Source: Stegostoma tigrinum
Taxonomy: Eukaryota
Direction: 5' to 3'
DNA: 64,000 bases
Assembly: GCF_030684315.1 (NCBI RefSeq)
Contig: NC_081360.1
Coordinates: 40,061,424-40,125,423, forward strand
The notes under the pieces were generated by a model. The model did no database searches and was not told the DNA's origin. It saw only the letters and a list, made by a program, of their open reading frames with translations. The position numbers were made by a program, and so were the translations under genes. Each line of letters begins with the position of its first letter. The stretch's first letter is position 1. Below, in pieces: positions 13,765 to 27,078 of the stretch.

Positions 13765-14110
13765 TTTTTATGTTCATTCATAGGATGTGGGTGTCGCTGG
13801 CTCGGCCAACAACTATTGCACATCCCTAACTATCCAGAAGACAGTAAACAGGTAACCACATTCCTCCAGGCCTAGAATCAATGGAGGCCAGACCAGGTAG
13901 GGATGGTAGATTTCCTTTGCTAATCAGCATTAGCAATCATTTTTTTAACAACTTGCAACAGTGATTACATGGTCACCATTAGATTATTTCTTTTAAATCT
14001 CAGGCTATTATTAAATTCAAATGTCACCATCTGCCAAGGTGGGATTTGAATGCATGACCACAGAACATAGACCTAGAGTTCTGGATGTCTACTGACATTG
14101 CCATGTCACT
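13765..14110 (-). mobile_element. Second SINE family whose 3' tail resembles the old LINE 3' end
   Basis: Similar to 20965-21240 plus 26791-26920, 37650-38000 and 51130-51445. Confidence 0.65.
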
Positions 14111-14254
14111 AAAATCTCCCATTATGGCCCACAGTATCTCTTGGATGCCCAGTTTTGATTTGCATGATGTGTTTGGAGTCTGCCTATTTAGCACAGTGAT
14201 AGTGTAGAAAACACAATCGTAGGCATCCTCAGTGTGAAGATGGTAATTTGTCTC

Positions 14255-17200
14255 AAACATATGAATTTGGGACAGAAGTAGGCCATTTGGCTCACCTATT
14301 CCCTCGCCTAACAAAGAGCTATCTGCCTCTACTTTAAAAATATTGAATGATGCTACTTCCACTATTTTCTCAGGCAGACAGTTCCAAAGTCAGCAATCCT
14401 CCGAGAGAAAGAAAAAAATCCCCTCTATATGTAATAAAACAGTTGTACCTATTTTTAAAAATGCCTCTAGTTCTGGGCTCACCTACAAGAGGAAATATCC
14501 TTTCCATGTCCACTTTGTTGAGATCTTTCAGAATCTTACATATTTCGATCAAAACACCCCTTGTTCTTTTAAATTCCGGGGAAAAAAGCCCGATCTGTGC
14601 AATGTTCCTTCATAAAACAACCACAAATTAATCTAGTCAACCTCTTCTGATCCATCTCCAATGCATTTACACCTACTTTAGGTAAAGAGAACAAAACTAC
14701 AGAGTCTTGGAAATGTGGTCTCACCAATGGTCTGTATAACTGATGCATAACTTCCTTACTTTTATGTTTGACTTCTCACGCAATAAAAGTAGCATTCCAT
14801 TAGTCTCATTAATACTTGCTATACGTGCACACTATATTTTTGTGACTTATACACTTGAACATCACTACTCTTTGAAATTCTACAGTCTTTGTCCATTGAA
14901 ATAATGTCCTGCTTTTTTTTATTTTACCTGCCAAAGTGAACAGTTCCACTTTTCACACATTGCAATTCATCTGCCAGATTTTTGGCCTATGTATATTGGT
15001 CAGCGTCCGTGTTACGTAATCTTTACAACAGGCTTTCTTATCTACCTTTGTATCAACTGCAACTTTAGCCACTCTGCCTTTGATCTGCTCATGAAAGTTC
15101 CAGCACAGGACCCAGCATAGAAGCCTGTGGGACAAGATTTTCGCATCCTGCCAATCTGAATAAGACATGTTCATTTATACTCTCTGTTTTCTACCAGCCA
15201 GCCAATCTTCTATCTGTGCTGTTACGTTACCATGAACTCCTACTTCGTGCAATAACCTTCCATGTGGAACTTTGCCAAATATCTTCTCTAAACAAAACAC
15301 AGCATATCAATGGGATCCCCTCTATGCATGTTAATCCTTCAAATAATTCCAATTTTTAATTTCAGTTTGATTTCTCTTTCACAATACCATGCTGACTTTC
15401 CCTAATTATCTTTATATTTTCCAAATATCCTATTATAATCTCCTTCACATTCAATTGCAACACCTAATCAAGGACAGACATAAAGCTAACTGACAGAGAT
15501 AATGGGAACTGCAGATGCTGGAGAATCCAAGATAACAAAGTGTGGAGCTGGATGAACACAGCAGGCCAAGCAGCATCTCAGGAGCACAAAAGCTGACGTT
15601 TCGGGCCGAGACCCTTCATCAGAGAGGGGAATGGGGAGAGGGAACTGGAATAAATCTGGAATAAATTATTCCAGTTCCCTCTCCCCATCCCCCTCTCTGA
15701 TGAAGGGCCTAGGCCCGAAATGTCAGCTTTCGTGCTCCTGAGATGCTGCTTGGCCTGCTGTGTTCATCCAGCCTCACATTTTATTAAGCTAACTGACAGG
15801 TAGTTTCCTGGTTACTGCCTCCCTATTCTGTTGAATTGAGGATTATACTTGCTATTTTTCTGTCTAATGGAGCCTTTGCAGAAACTAGCACATTTTATAA
15901 AATTAATGCTAACACATTCGCAATTCCATTACTTCTTTTCAGAACATAATCCCTATCAGGACACAGAGACTTATCAATACACAGATCTAGCAGTTTGCTC
16001 AGTGTGGCTACCCTAGTGATTCTAATTTCACAAAGTTCCAATCTTTTGTCAGCCACCAGATTTACAGAGCCTACTGGGATACCTTTTATATGTTCTGTAG
16101 TGAAGACAGAAGCAAAATATTTATTTATTACATTTACCATTCGCTTAGGATTATCTATTATTAACTCCAAATCTCATCCTCTAGAGAATCAACACTCACA
16201 TTATTTAATCTTTTCCTCTTTGGATAATTATTGAAACTCACGTTACCTATTTTTAAATTTCTCACTATTTTCCTCTACTGCTCTAAAGTTTTTTGTTTTC
16301 AAATCATTTGTTGGCTGTAAGCATCACTGGCTGGCCAGCAGTTCTTGGATTCCTTATTTCCCCTTGAGAAGGTGGTAGCGAGCTGCCTTCTTGAACCGCT
16401 ACAGTCCACATGCTGTGTGTTGACCCATAATACCTTAAGGGAGGGAATTCAGAATTTTGACCCAGCTACAGTGAAGAAACAGCAATTTATTTGTCACATT
16501 TAACTTTTTAGTGATTCTCAACTGTTCTTTATGTTCTGCCTAGTCATCTGACTTGCCACTCACCTTTGCAAAAATATGTCTTTTTCTTTACATTTGATGA
16601 TCCCTTTTTCTTCTTTCGTCAATCAACGATCGTCGGCTGCCCTTTATAATTTGTTTTTATTGTAGGAATGTACTTGTTTTGAGTTGTCTGAAATATCCCT
16701 TTAAATGTCTGTCACTGCACTCTACTGATCTAACTCCTAGCCTAATATTCCAGTTCACTTCAGCTTTCACGCCTACATAGTTCTTTTTTAAGGTTAATAA
16801 ACTGCTCTTGGACTTACTCCTCTCCCTTTCTAAGTGGAGCTAGAATTCAATTATAATATGATTACTGCTACCTAGAGATGCTTTTTTTCTCAGAGGTCAT
16901 TTATTAATCTTGTCACATTACAGAATATCAGATTTAGGTTGGTCTGTTCTCTGATCAGTTTCAGATCATGCCGCTTTAATACCATGAAAGCATTCTGTGA
17001 ACTACTTATTGAAGCTACTATTACCAACATGATTTTCCAGTTTAAACGTAAATTAAAATCAATCCTAATTATTGACATCCTTTTATCACTAGCACCCAAT
17101 GTTTCTTCTTGTTTAGTACTTCCTATATCTCGTTACAGTTTGGAGCCGATATATTATTCTGATGAGTGACTTATTATGCCTACTGTTCCTCAGCTCTACT

Positions 17201-17640
17201 CAAACTATTCCACATTCTGATATCCTGAATCAAGATCATTTCTAACATGCGCAAACATCACTTTTGATGAGAAGTGTTATCAACAAGATAAGAAAACGTC
17301 AAGCTTTTTAGATAATTGCGAAGTCTGAGTTCCTGGACTCTGGACACCTTTATCTACCTTAGTTGCAGTTGCAGCCAGTTTTTAACCACTGACCAGATCA
17401 GAAGACTTTATGCTGAGGGGCGTGCCCATCTTCTGGAATAAGTGTCTGAGTCCCCCTTTTTAATGTGCTACAGTGTCTGCAGCTTAGCTGAGTTGAAATC
17501 ACTGCAGCCCAAGCACTTACTGCAGATATGTTTGCCCCTGGTTCACACCAGGATGCAGAAGTTCTCAAATTCTGCAAGCACAGAACATCACTTGCACTGC
17601 CATCTCTAATGCACATTGATTAAATAGCAACAACTTACAC
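14255..17640 (-). mobile_element. Old, heavily decayed CR1 LINE from 3' end to ORF1 zinc-finger remnant, with younger insertions
   Basis: Peptides MIEICKILKDLNKVDMERIFPLVGEPRTRG and INKYFASVFT; Cys-rich ORF1-like start near 17500-17600. Confidence 0.75.
15497..15785. mobile_element. Fold-back insertion of two inverted Penelope pLTR ends, a hammerhead motif on each strand, 14-bp TSD
   Basis: TSD AAGCTAACTGACAG at 15483-15496 and 15786-15799; CTGATGA on minus at 15616-15622 and on plus at 15697-15703. Confidence 0.88.
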
Positions 17641-20600
17641 CTCCCAAAAGGTTTTAGCACTACCAGTAACAAGACTGCTTACAAAATTGTTGAAACAATA
17701 CAATGCTGAGAAAACTTACAGTTTCTAATAATATCGGTTACTATTTTACTTGTTCTTACTGCTCTACAAAATTGGAAATCAAGTGCAGGAGACTGATAAA
17801 AGTAGCTGTAAAAATCACCTCTTCCTTGCCGTTCAGTGAACTCTCAGTTTAGAACATGTTATTTCTTGGAGGGCGGTAATGAAGAAGTGGTTAACACAAT
17901 TATATATATAATTGTTTAAATGTCAATAGTGAGAAAAATATTGTTGGCAATGTATTGGGGTGCAAGTGTATAAAAGGATATTATTGTGTAGGACTGCCAT
18001 AAGCACCAATGATTATAATGCTATCATACCTGGAAGAACAACTTAAGATCACAAAGTAGTGAAAACTATGATGGAGGCCCTCTGTATAGTCTCTGTAACT
18101 ACGTCTATTTTAACATTAACTTGCACTTAGTCACTAACAAGAAATAAACTACATCTTTTGGTACTGACAAAAATCAACTGTATTTCTCCATCATCTCTCT
18201 CGATTCTACAGCCATCTTCATGCAGAGAAGACATAGGAAAGCTCTGAAACCCAGAAAAACCCTGCTAGGTTGGAAACACGTATATCCTTCTGAATATATT
18301 GATCGGACTGCAATTTTCTTTTCTTCTGAGCCTGGATGACATTCATGAAGCTGAAGTCAAGTTTTAGTCAGACTGGACATCAAGCTGCAGAAAAGAGATA
18401 TCAGGACAAATGATGAAAAGCTTGCTCAAAATATTGGCTTTAAGGGCCATCTTAGAAAGTGTGAGGAGAGGGAGAGACGACGCTCCAAATCTTTGGCATA
18501 GGCAGCTGAAAGCATTTAAAATGGTGGATTTTTCAAAAGGTCAAAATTGGAGGAATGCAGAGAGGTAAGAGTACTAATACATTGGAGGCAATCATAGTGA
18601 TGACCATGGGGATGGTGGGAAACAACTGAGCAATTTAAAAACAGGGATGAAAATTTAAACATAGCGCCTTCATGAACTAGCTGCCAAGGTAGGCGTTCCT
18701 ACATGTATAACTTTATATTTGTTGGATCTGCCATAATCATTACATGGTATTTTAAAATATGAATGTTAGAAATCATGCATTAGGGTCATTGACAACAAAA
18801 AAGGGCTGAAGTAATTACATTAAGGGAAACAGTCATTTTCCAGTATATGTTCTCGTCTCAAAACATTCAACACGTCTTCCTCAGTGGCTAATTGATTAGC
18901 TTATTGAAATTATAGAGTGCTAGCCTTGCAGAGATTCACTTAGTAACCTGGGTCACCAAGGTCAAACCCCTAGAAAAGGACCATTTACCATTTTAAAGCA
19001 AGTTAATGATCCTAGTAGGAAAACAAAATCCATGCATGAGTACTTAGGTGAGGTCACCGCTGTAGTCTCTGATTGATTGGTTATAACTAAGCTGTAATAC
19101 TTTCTGTCAGTCATAATTTTTTTGCCATCCTTGCTGCTCATCAGAACCCTGTAAGTAGATTAAGAACAGATGGTAAAATGGAGCTGAGCCTTCCTGGAAA
19201 CAGAGTTAGAGGAAAGATTAAACAAGCAGAAAAAATCACGAAAGATGCAATGGACAGCTTTGTAGCTATATAGTAATAGCAATATCTAAGGTTGTAAAAA
19301 GACGAAAGAGAAATGTAAAGCCATACTTTGAAATAAAAATTGAAGCTCAGCAATAGCTTATACTCGAAATTACTACTGTACATTTTTTGAATAGCTTCAT
19401 CTGTTATATTATTCTGAGGTATAACTAAGCATAGAGTAAATTTAGAAGAAACAACAAACTAACTGAGCTGTCTGGAGAAATTTATTTGCATGGAGCATTT
19501 CACAAATTATGAATCATGTGCACTTATTATTAGGCAAGAGATTACTATATGTCTGGCACGACAACTGCAGTATTGGATTGAAGGAATCACACAGAGCAGA
19601 AAGTGACATTGCTCATGTCATCACGCCAGCAGTGAAGCCAAGACTCCTGTTGTGCAATGTTCTTAATTAACAGCATTTGAATGAAATATGTTGCCTCATA
19701 GGCCTGGCTTGAGGCTTAATTCTCACATAGTACCACAGGTAAAGCATATTCTTTTGATGATAAATCTAATGTTGAATTACTATTATGGTATTACACAACA
19801 ACTGAATTGTGATCTGGCTTTAAGGAATGTAGTATGACAATCAATAATTCTATAGATGAGCAGGGTTGCATCTATGAACAATTTGAAATCCCTCATAAAT
19901 TCAACCGACAGTGTGTTACTTGATATGTTATAAATAGAAGTCATTTGATGAATTGATTTACCGAAAACATTTCTGGAATTGATGATTTCTGTTGATTGAA
20001 TCTGCTCTTCTCAATTCAGAACAAATCAGTAAATGCAACTAATTTCCACAGTCTGATTCTCTTACAGACTGGTCATTATGAACAGGTCAGACTGCCTTAC
20101 ACTGGAAGAAGAGAGGATTATAACAAGCTATATCATTGGTCAGAAATATGAGTGGAACTACATAATTAACCATGGTCGACAAAAGATCATAAGCATCTCT
20201 TAAAAAAGGCAGATGATTATATACAGTGTGGGGGACTCCACTATAAAGGCATGTGGCTAGGTGAAGAACAGGCCACTAGGAACTGCCACAGGCAGGACTG
20301 AACACATACTGTTGGCATCAGTCTGCATCAAATGGTCAATATTTAGCCAGGTGAGCTAATGGGCAGAATTTCAATCTCATGAAGAGCAGTGATGAAGTGC
20401 CTGGAAGGAAAGATAATTGAGAGGATCGACACTGGATACCCACCAGCTTTCCACCACCATCTGGATTGGAAGTCCCAACATTCACATTTCAGACTCACCA
20501 CCAGTTGAGCTATAGGTGGTTAGTTAACCAACACTTAAGGGCCTTTTCATGCCATTGCTGTGATTAACTTCATTCCTAACATTCTTATCTCGATTGATCT

Positions 20601-20734
20601 CTCCCTACGGCACCCACATCATAAAGCCCTTCCTGAATAAGTCATCCACACTGCCTGCTGCTCAGCATTGCTGTTCCACCAGCAGCCTCAGCCTCTGTGG
20701 GTGGCACTACTACAAACAGCAGCTGCGAACATCT

Positions 20735-20830
20735 AATATAACACAGTGCACAGCTGGAGGAACACAGCAGGCCATGAGGCAGCAGAAGAGCAGGAAAGCC
20801 AACTTTACGGGCCAGCACCCTTACTTTCTC
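20735..20830 (-). mobile_element. Old diverged Penelope pLTR fragment
   Basis: GCTGGAGGAACACAGCAGGCCA...GAGCAGGAAAGC resembles the pLTR arm at 27648-27730. Confidence 0.55.
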
Positions 20831-22297
20831 TGAGCTGCTAACCTCTGCTCGGTTGACAGCTTCACCTGAAGCAGGAGACAAGTGTACTAGGAAGGGACAT
20901 TTTGAAAAGAATACTCGGTAACCACTTAGGCACAAGATTTGATGGGTTCTCCGATTCGGGACTCTATGGCACAGTAATAATGTCACCGGACTAGTAATGT
21001 TGATTCCCAAGCTAATGTTCAGGATGTGTGGTTTGAATCCTGCCACAGCAGATGATAACATTTGAGTTCAGATATTAAAAATCAGGAATTAAATTCAAGT
21101 CTATTAGTGACCATACAGGCACCATTGATGGTCATAAAAACCCATTTGGTTCACACCTCAAATTTTCAGATAGAAATCTGCCATTCTTACCTGGTCTGGC
21201 CTACGTGTGACACCAGACCTCACAAGTTAGCTCACTCTTAGAACATAGAAAATAGAACATAGAACATTACAGCGCAGTAAAGGCCCTTCGGCCTTCGATG
21301 TTGATATGTAATAAATAGATGTCATTTGATGAAGTGATTTACCGACCAGTGAAACCAATCTGAAGCCCATCTAACCTACACTATTCCATTATCATCCATA
21401 CGTTTATCCAATGACCATTTGAATGCCCTTAAAGGTGGCAAGTCTACTACTGTTGCAGGCAGGGCATTCCACACCCTTACTACACTCTGAGCACAGAACC
21501 TACCTCTGACATCTATCTTATATGTAACACCCCTCAATTTAAAGCTATGTCCCATCATGCTAGCCATCACCATCTGAGGAAAAAGGCTGTCATTGTCCAC
21601 TCTATCTAATCCTCTGATCATCTTGTATGTCTCTATTAAATCACCTCTTAACCTTCTTCTCTCTAACAAAAACAGCCTCAAGTCCCTCAGCCTTTCCTCA
21701 TAAGACCTTCCCTCCATACCAGGCAACATCCTAGTAAATCTCCTCTGCACCCTTTCCAAAGCTTCCACACCCTTCCAATAATGCAGCGACCAGAACTGTA
21801 CGCAATACTCCAAATGCAGCCGCATCAGAGTTTTGTATAGCTGCAACACGACCTCATGCCTCCAAATCTCAATCCCTCTACAAATAAAACCTAACACACC
21901 GTATGCCTTCTCAACAACCCTATCAACCTGGGTGATAACTTTCAAGGATCTATGCACATGGACACCGAGATCTCTCGGCTCATCCACACAACAAAGAATC
22001 CAGGCGGACATGAGGACAGGGCAGAGAGGCAGTTGGGAAGGTAAGTGAGTGCTATTTAAGTACTTACCTTGAAGCCAGCGGTCCTTTTTGCAGCGGAGTG
22101 CTATTTAAGTAGGTGTGTTCTCAGCCCCAGATGCTACACGGTAGGGCCTCCCTCCCACCCTCCTCCTCTAGCCTAACTAAGAGTCCACAGACTCACAGCA
22201 AACAACAAGGGTTGAGGGAAGTGCCTGGTGAGTAAAGTGCAAGTTTTCAGCGGAGGCTCAGTGAGGAGATTACGCCACTGTTGAAGAGGGTGAAGAC

Positions 22298-23210
22298 ATG
22301 ACTGCCAAGCTGATTCAGTGTGCTGTGCGCATGATGTGGGAGGTCAGGGACACTGATGATGTTTCTGGCTCCTATAGCTGTGGTAAGTGTGTACACATTC
22401 AGCTTCTGAAGGAGGTTGTCGCAGCCCTGAAGAAAGAACTAGAAGACCTCAGGCTCATCCGAGAGAATGAGAATTTTCTGGACAGGACCTTCAGCGAGAT
22501 CATTACACCGAGGATACCTGAAGGGAGAAGGGGGATGTCGATGATGAAGAAAGACATGAATGAAGTACAAGAGGGGAAGCACCTATTGTAAACAGGTTGA
22601 CTGTCTTGGAAACTGTCGAGACAGACGACATTGCCAGTCCGAGAGGTGGACAGGTCTGCGAGTCAAAATTGGTGTCGAGGCAGAGCCGAGCAGTCAGACA
22701 TCATGGAGAGCTGTGGTAATAGGGGACTCCATAGTGAGAGGGACTGACAGGGGTTTCTGCGGCAACAGGCGAGATTTGAGGATGGTGTGTTGCCTTCCTG
22801 GTGCCAGGATCCAGGACATCACTGATCGAGTGCAGAGGATCCTTGAGGGTGAAGGTGAAGACCCAGAGGTGGTGGTGCATGTCGGCACTAATGACTTCGG
22901 GAAGAAAAGGAGGAGCATTCTACAGCGGGACTTCAGAGAACTCAGAAAAATGCTGAAAAGCAGGGCTCCCAGGGTGGTTATCTCTGGTTTGCTTCCAGTT
23001 CCTCGGGCTGGAGAGGGCAGGAACAGAGAGATAATGGACTTGAACGTGTGGCTGAGGGACTGGTGTCGGAAGCAAGGATTTAAATTCTTGGATCACTGGG
23101 GTATGTTTTGGGGTAAAAATAAATTGTACAGGAGGGACGGTTTGCATCTTAATAATTGGGGGACCAGCTTTCTGGCAGGCAGGTTTGCCACTGCAACACA
23201 GTGTGTTTAA
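22298..23210 (+). pseudogene. CR1 ORF1: zinc finger/coiled coil plus SGNH (GDSL) esterase, frameshifted near 22580
   Basis: QCAVRMMW...YSCGKC; VVIGDSIVRG, CCLPGARI, VVHVGTND and DGLHLN SGNH blocks. Confidence 0.9.
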
Positions 23211-26183
23211 ACTAACTAGTCGGGGGGAGGGGCCAAACTGGAAATTTAAGAATGAAGTTAAAGGGAAAGTGAGAATAAGAGAGGTTAAGAAGGACAACAG
23301 AATCAACAGAGCAGAAAACTCAAGAAGGGATCGTACAGTATGGCCAAGTGAAATAGGGATTGATAGGAAGGGTGAAGGGAGAAACAAATTAAAAATATTA
23401 TATATGAATGCACGAAGCATAAGAAATAAGGTGGATGAGCTTGAGGCTCAGTTGGAAGTTGGCAAGTATGATGTTGGGGGGATAACTGAGACTTGGCTTC
23501 AAGTGGACAGGGCCTGGGAAATGAATATTCAAGGATATACGTGCTATCAAAAGGACAGACTGGTGGGCAGAGGGGCTGGGGTGGCCCTGTTGGTGAGGAA
23601 TGATATTCAGTCCCTTGCGAGGGGGGAAATAGAGTCAGGAGATGTAGAGTCAGTATGGATGGAACTGAGAAATTCTAAGGGCAGAAGGACCCTAACGGGA
23701 GTTATCTACAGGCCCCCAAACAGTAGTCAGGAGGTAGGGTGCAAGTTGAATCAAGAGTTGAAATTGGCCTGTCACAAAGGTATCACTACAGTTGGTATGG
23801 GAGATTTCAACATGCGGGTAGACTGGGAGAATCAGGATGGTACTGGACCCCAAAAAAGGGAGTTTGTAGCGTGCCTCCAAGATGGATTCTTAGAACAGCT
23901 TGTACTGGAGCCTACCAGGGAGGAGGCAATTCTGGATCTGGTATTATGCAATGAACCGGATTTGATCAGGAACCTCAAAGTAAAGGAGCCATTAAGAGGT
24001 AGTGACCATAATATGAAAAGTTTTAATCTGCAGTATGAGAGGGAGAAGGGAGAATCGGAAGTGTCAGTATTGCATTTGAACAAAGGGAACTATGGAGCTA
24101 TGAGGGAGGAGCTGGCCAAAGTTCAGTGGTACAGTACCCTAGCAGGGATGGCAATGGAACAACAATGGCAAGTATTTCTGGATATAATGCAGAAGGTGCA
24201 GGATCAGTTCATACCAAAGAGGAAGAAAGATCCTAAGGGGAGGTAGGGGCGGCTGTGGCTGACGAGGGAAGTTAAGGACTGTATAAAGATAAAAGAGAAG
24301 TACAACATAGCAAAGATGAGTGGGAAGCTGGAGGACTGGGAAGCTTTTAAAGAGCAACAGCGGATAACTAAAAAGGCAATACACTGAGAAAAAATGAGCT
24401 ACGAAGGAAAACTGGCCAAAAATATAAAGGAGGATAGTAAAAGCTTTTTTAGGTATGTGAAAAGAAAAAAAATGGTTAAGACCAAAATTGGGCCCTTGAA
24501 GTCAAAAACGGGTGAATTTATTACAGGGAACAAGGAAATGGCAGAAGAGTTGAATAGGTACTTTGGATCTGTCTTCACGAGGGAAGACACAAGCAATCTC
24601 CCAGATGCAGTAGTGGCTGAAGGACCGAGGGTAATGGTCGAACTGAAGGATATTTATATTAGGCAAGAAATGGTGTTGGATGGACTATTAGGTCTGAAGG
24701 CCGATAAGTCCCCGGGACCTGATGGTCTGCATCCCAGGGTACTTAAGGAGGTGGCTCTAGAAATTGTGGACACGTTGGTAATTATTTTCCAAGGTTCTAT
24801 AGATTAAGGATCGGTTCCTGTGGATTGGAGGGTGGCAAATGTTGTCCCACTTTTCAAGAAAGGAGGGAGAGAGAAAACAGGGAATTATAGACTGGTTAGC
24901 CTGACGTCAGTGGTGGGAAATATGCTGGAGTCAATTATAAAAGATGAAATTACGACTCATTTGGATAGCAGTGACAGAATAGGTCAGAATAGATTTACGA
25001 AGGGGAAATCATGCTTGACTAATCTTCTGGAATTTTTTGAGGCTGTATCTATGAAGGATAAGGGAGAACCAGTGGATGTAGTCTCCTGGACTTTCAGAAA
25101 GCCTTTGATAAAGTCCCGCATCGGAGATTGGTGAACAAAATTAGGGCACATGGTATTGGGGGCAAAATACTGAGTTGGATTGAAAATTGGCTGGCTGACA
25201 GGAAGCAAAGAGTAGTGATAACGGGTCCCTTTCGGAATGGCAGGCAGTGACCAGTGGGGTACCACAAGGTTTGGTGCTGAGACCGCACCTATTTACGATA
25301 TATATTACTGATATAGACGAAGGCATCAAAAGTAATATTAGCAATTTGCCGATGGCACAAAGCTGGATGGCTGTGTGAAATGTGGGGAGGATGTTCTGAG
25401 AATACAGGGTGACTTGGACAGGTTAGGTGAATGGACGGATGCATGGCAGATGCAGTTTAATGTGGATAAATGTATGGTTATACACTTTGGCGGCAAGAAC
25501 AGGAAGGCATATTACTATCTCAATGGAGTCAAGTCAGGTAAAGGGGAAGCACAACGAGATCTAGGTGTTCTTGTACATCAGTCAAAGAAAGCAAGCATGC
25601 AGGTACAGCAGGCAGTGAAGAAAGCTAATGGCATGCTGGCCTTCATAACAAGAGGAATTGAGTATAGGAGCAAAGAGGTCCTTCTGCAGCTGTAAGAGCC
25701 CTGGTGAGACCGCACCTGGAGTATTGTGTGCAGTTTTGGTCTCCAAATTTGAGGAAGGACATTCTGGCTATTGAGGGAGTGCAGCGTAGGTTCACAAGGT
25801 CAATTCCCGGAATGGTGGGACTATCATATGTTGAAAGATTGGAGCGACTGGGCTTGTATACACTTGAGTGTAGAAGGATGAAAGGGGATCTGATTGAGGT
25901 GTATAAGATTATTAAGGGTTTGGACACTCTGGAGGCAGGAAGCATGTTTCTGCTGATGGGTGAGTCCAGAACCAGAGGACACAGTTTAAAAATAAGTGGT
26001 AGGCCATTTAGAACGGAGTTGAGGAAAAACCTCTTCACCCGTAGAGTGGTGGATATATGGAATGCTCTGCCCCAGAAGGAAGTGGAGGCCAAGTCTCTGG
26101 ATACTTTCAAGAAAGAGATAGATAGAGCTCTTAAAGATAGTGGAATCAAGCGTTATGGGGATAATGCAGGAACAGGATACTGA
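23185..26183 (+). pseudogene. CR1 ORF2: AP endonuclease plus reverse transcriptase, multiple disruptions
   Basis: YMNARSI, GITETWL, MGDFN, GSDHN (APE); KSPGPDG, NYRLVSLTSV, RPHLEYCVQFW (RT and C-terminus). Confidence 0.93.
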
Positions 26184-27078
26184 TTGTGGATGATCAACCA
26201 TGATCATAATGAATGGTGGTGCTGGCTCGAAGGGCTGAATGGCCTACTCCAGCACCTATTGTCTATTGTCTATAATCCAACCATTAGCCCAGTACTGTGT
26301 ATTCCTGTTACTCCTTCCAAAGTGAATGACCTCACACTTATCCGCATTAAACTTCATTTGCCACCTCTCAGCCCAGCTCTGCAGCTTATCTATATCTCTC
26401 CGTAACCTGCAACATCCTTCCGCACTGTTCACAACTCCACCGACTTTAGTGTCATACGCAAAGTTACTAACCCATCCTTCTACGCCCTCATCCAGGTCAT
26501 TTATAAAAATGATAAACAGCAGTGGCCCCAAAACAGATCTTTGCAGTGCACCACTAGTAACTAAACTCCAGGATGAACATTTCCCATCAACCACCACCCT
26601 CTGTCTTCTTACAAATAGTCAATTTCTGATCCAAACTGCTAAATCACCATCAATCCCATGTCTCCATATTTTCTGCAATAGCCTTCCATGGGGAACCTTA
26701 TCAAACACTTTACTGAAATCCATATATACCACCTCAACCGCTTTACCCTCATCCACCTGTTTGGTCACCTTCTCAAAGGACTCAATAAGGTAACCCCCTC
26801 CCCCCAACCCCCTCATCTGAAATGGCCTGACAAGCTATTCAGTTCATGGACAATTAAGGGTGGGCAATAAATGCTGAGCCTGCCAGTGATACTGACTTCC
26901 TATGAATGATCAAAAAGAAAACAAAAGGTGGTGAGATGTATCCTGTGTATTATGGTGTTCACTACCACAGTTTGAAATAAATGGGAAGATCCTGGCCCAA
27001 ACTGAATAGTGAATTCAAGATGAATGTTATTTATTACCTTGGATATCTGCATCCATTCTCTTGTGAAGGTTTAATATA

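Larger units (their letters stand above)
22003..26273 (+). mobile_element. Near full-length CR1 LINE (about 4.27 kb), disabled by stops and frameshifts
   Basis: 5' UTR, ORF1, APE-RT ORF2, (CTATTGT)n tail; TSD AATCCA at 21997-22002 and 26274-26279. Confidence 0.95.
21241..26790 (-). mobile_element. 5'-truncated CR1 LINE split into 21241-22002 and 26274-26790
   Basis: Peptides VYMDFSKVFDKVPHGRLL, VLGPLLFIIFINDL and LEYCVQFWS; frame NTQYWANGWI continues as WILCCVDEPRDLGV across the insertion; (AGAACAT)n tail. Confidence 0.92.
20965..26920 (+). mobile_element. SINE of the second family split into 20965-21240 and 26791-26920 by nested CR1 insertions
   Basis: 5' half ends ...CTCACTCTTA; 3' half resumes ...CTGAAATGGCC...GGGCAATAAATGCTG, colinear with the uninterrupted copy at 51130-51445. 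Confidence 0.7.

Noticed and set aside
25643-26149. 168-aa antisense ORF repeated at 30061-30567
   Set aside because: Shadow frame on the reverse strand of CR1 ORF2; recurrence reflects repeat identity
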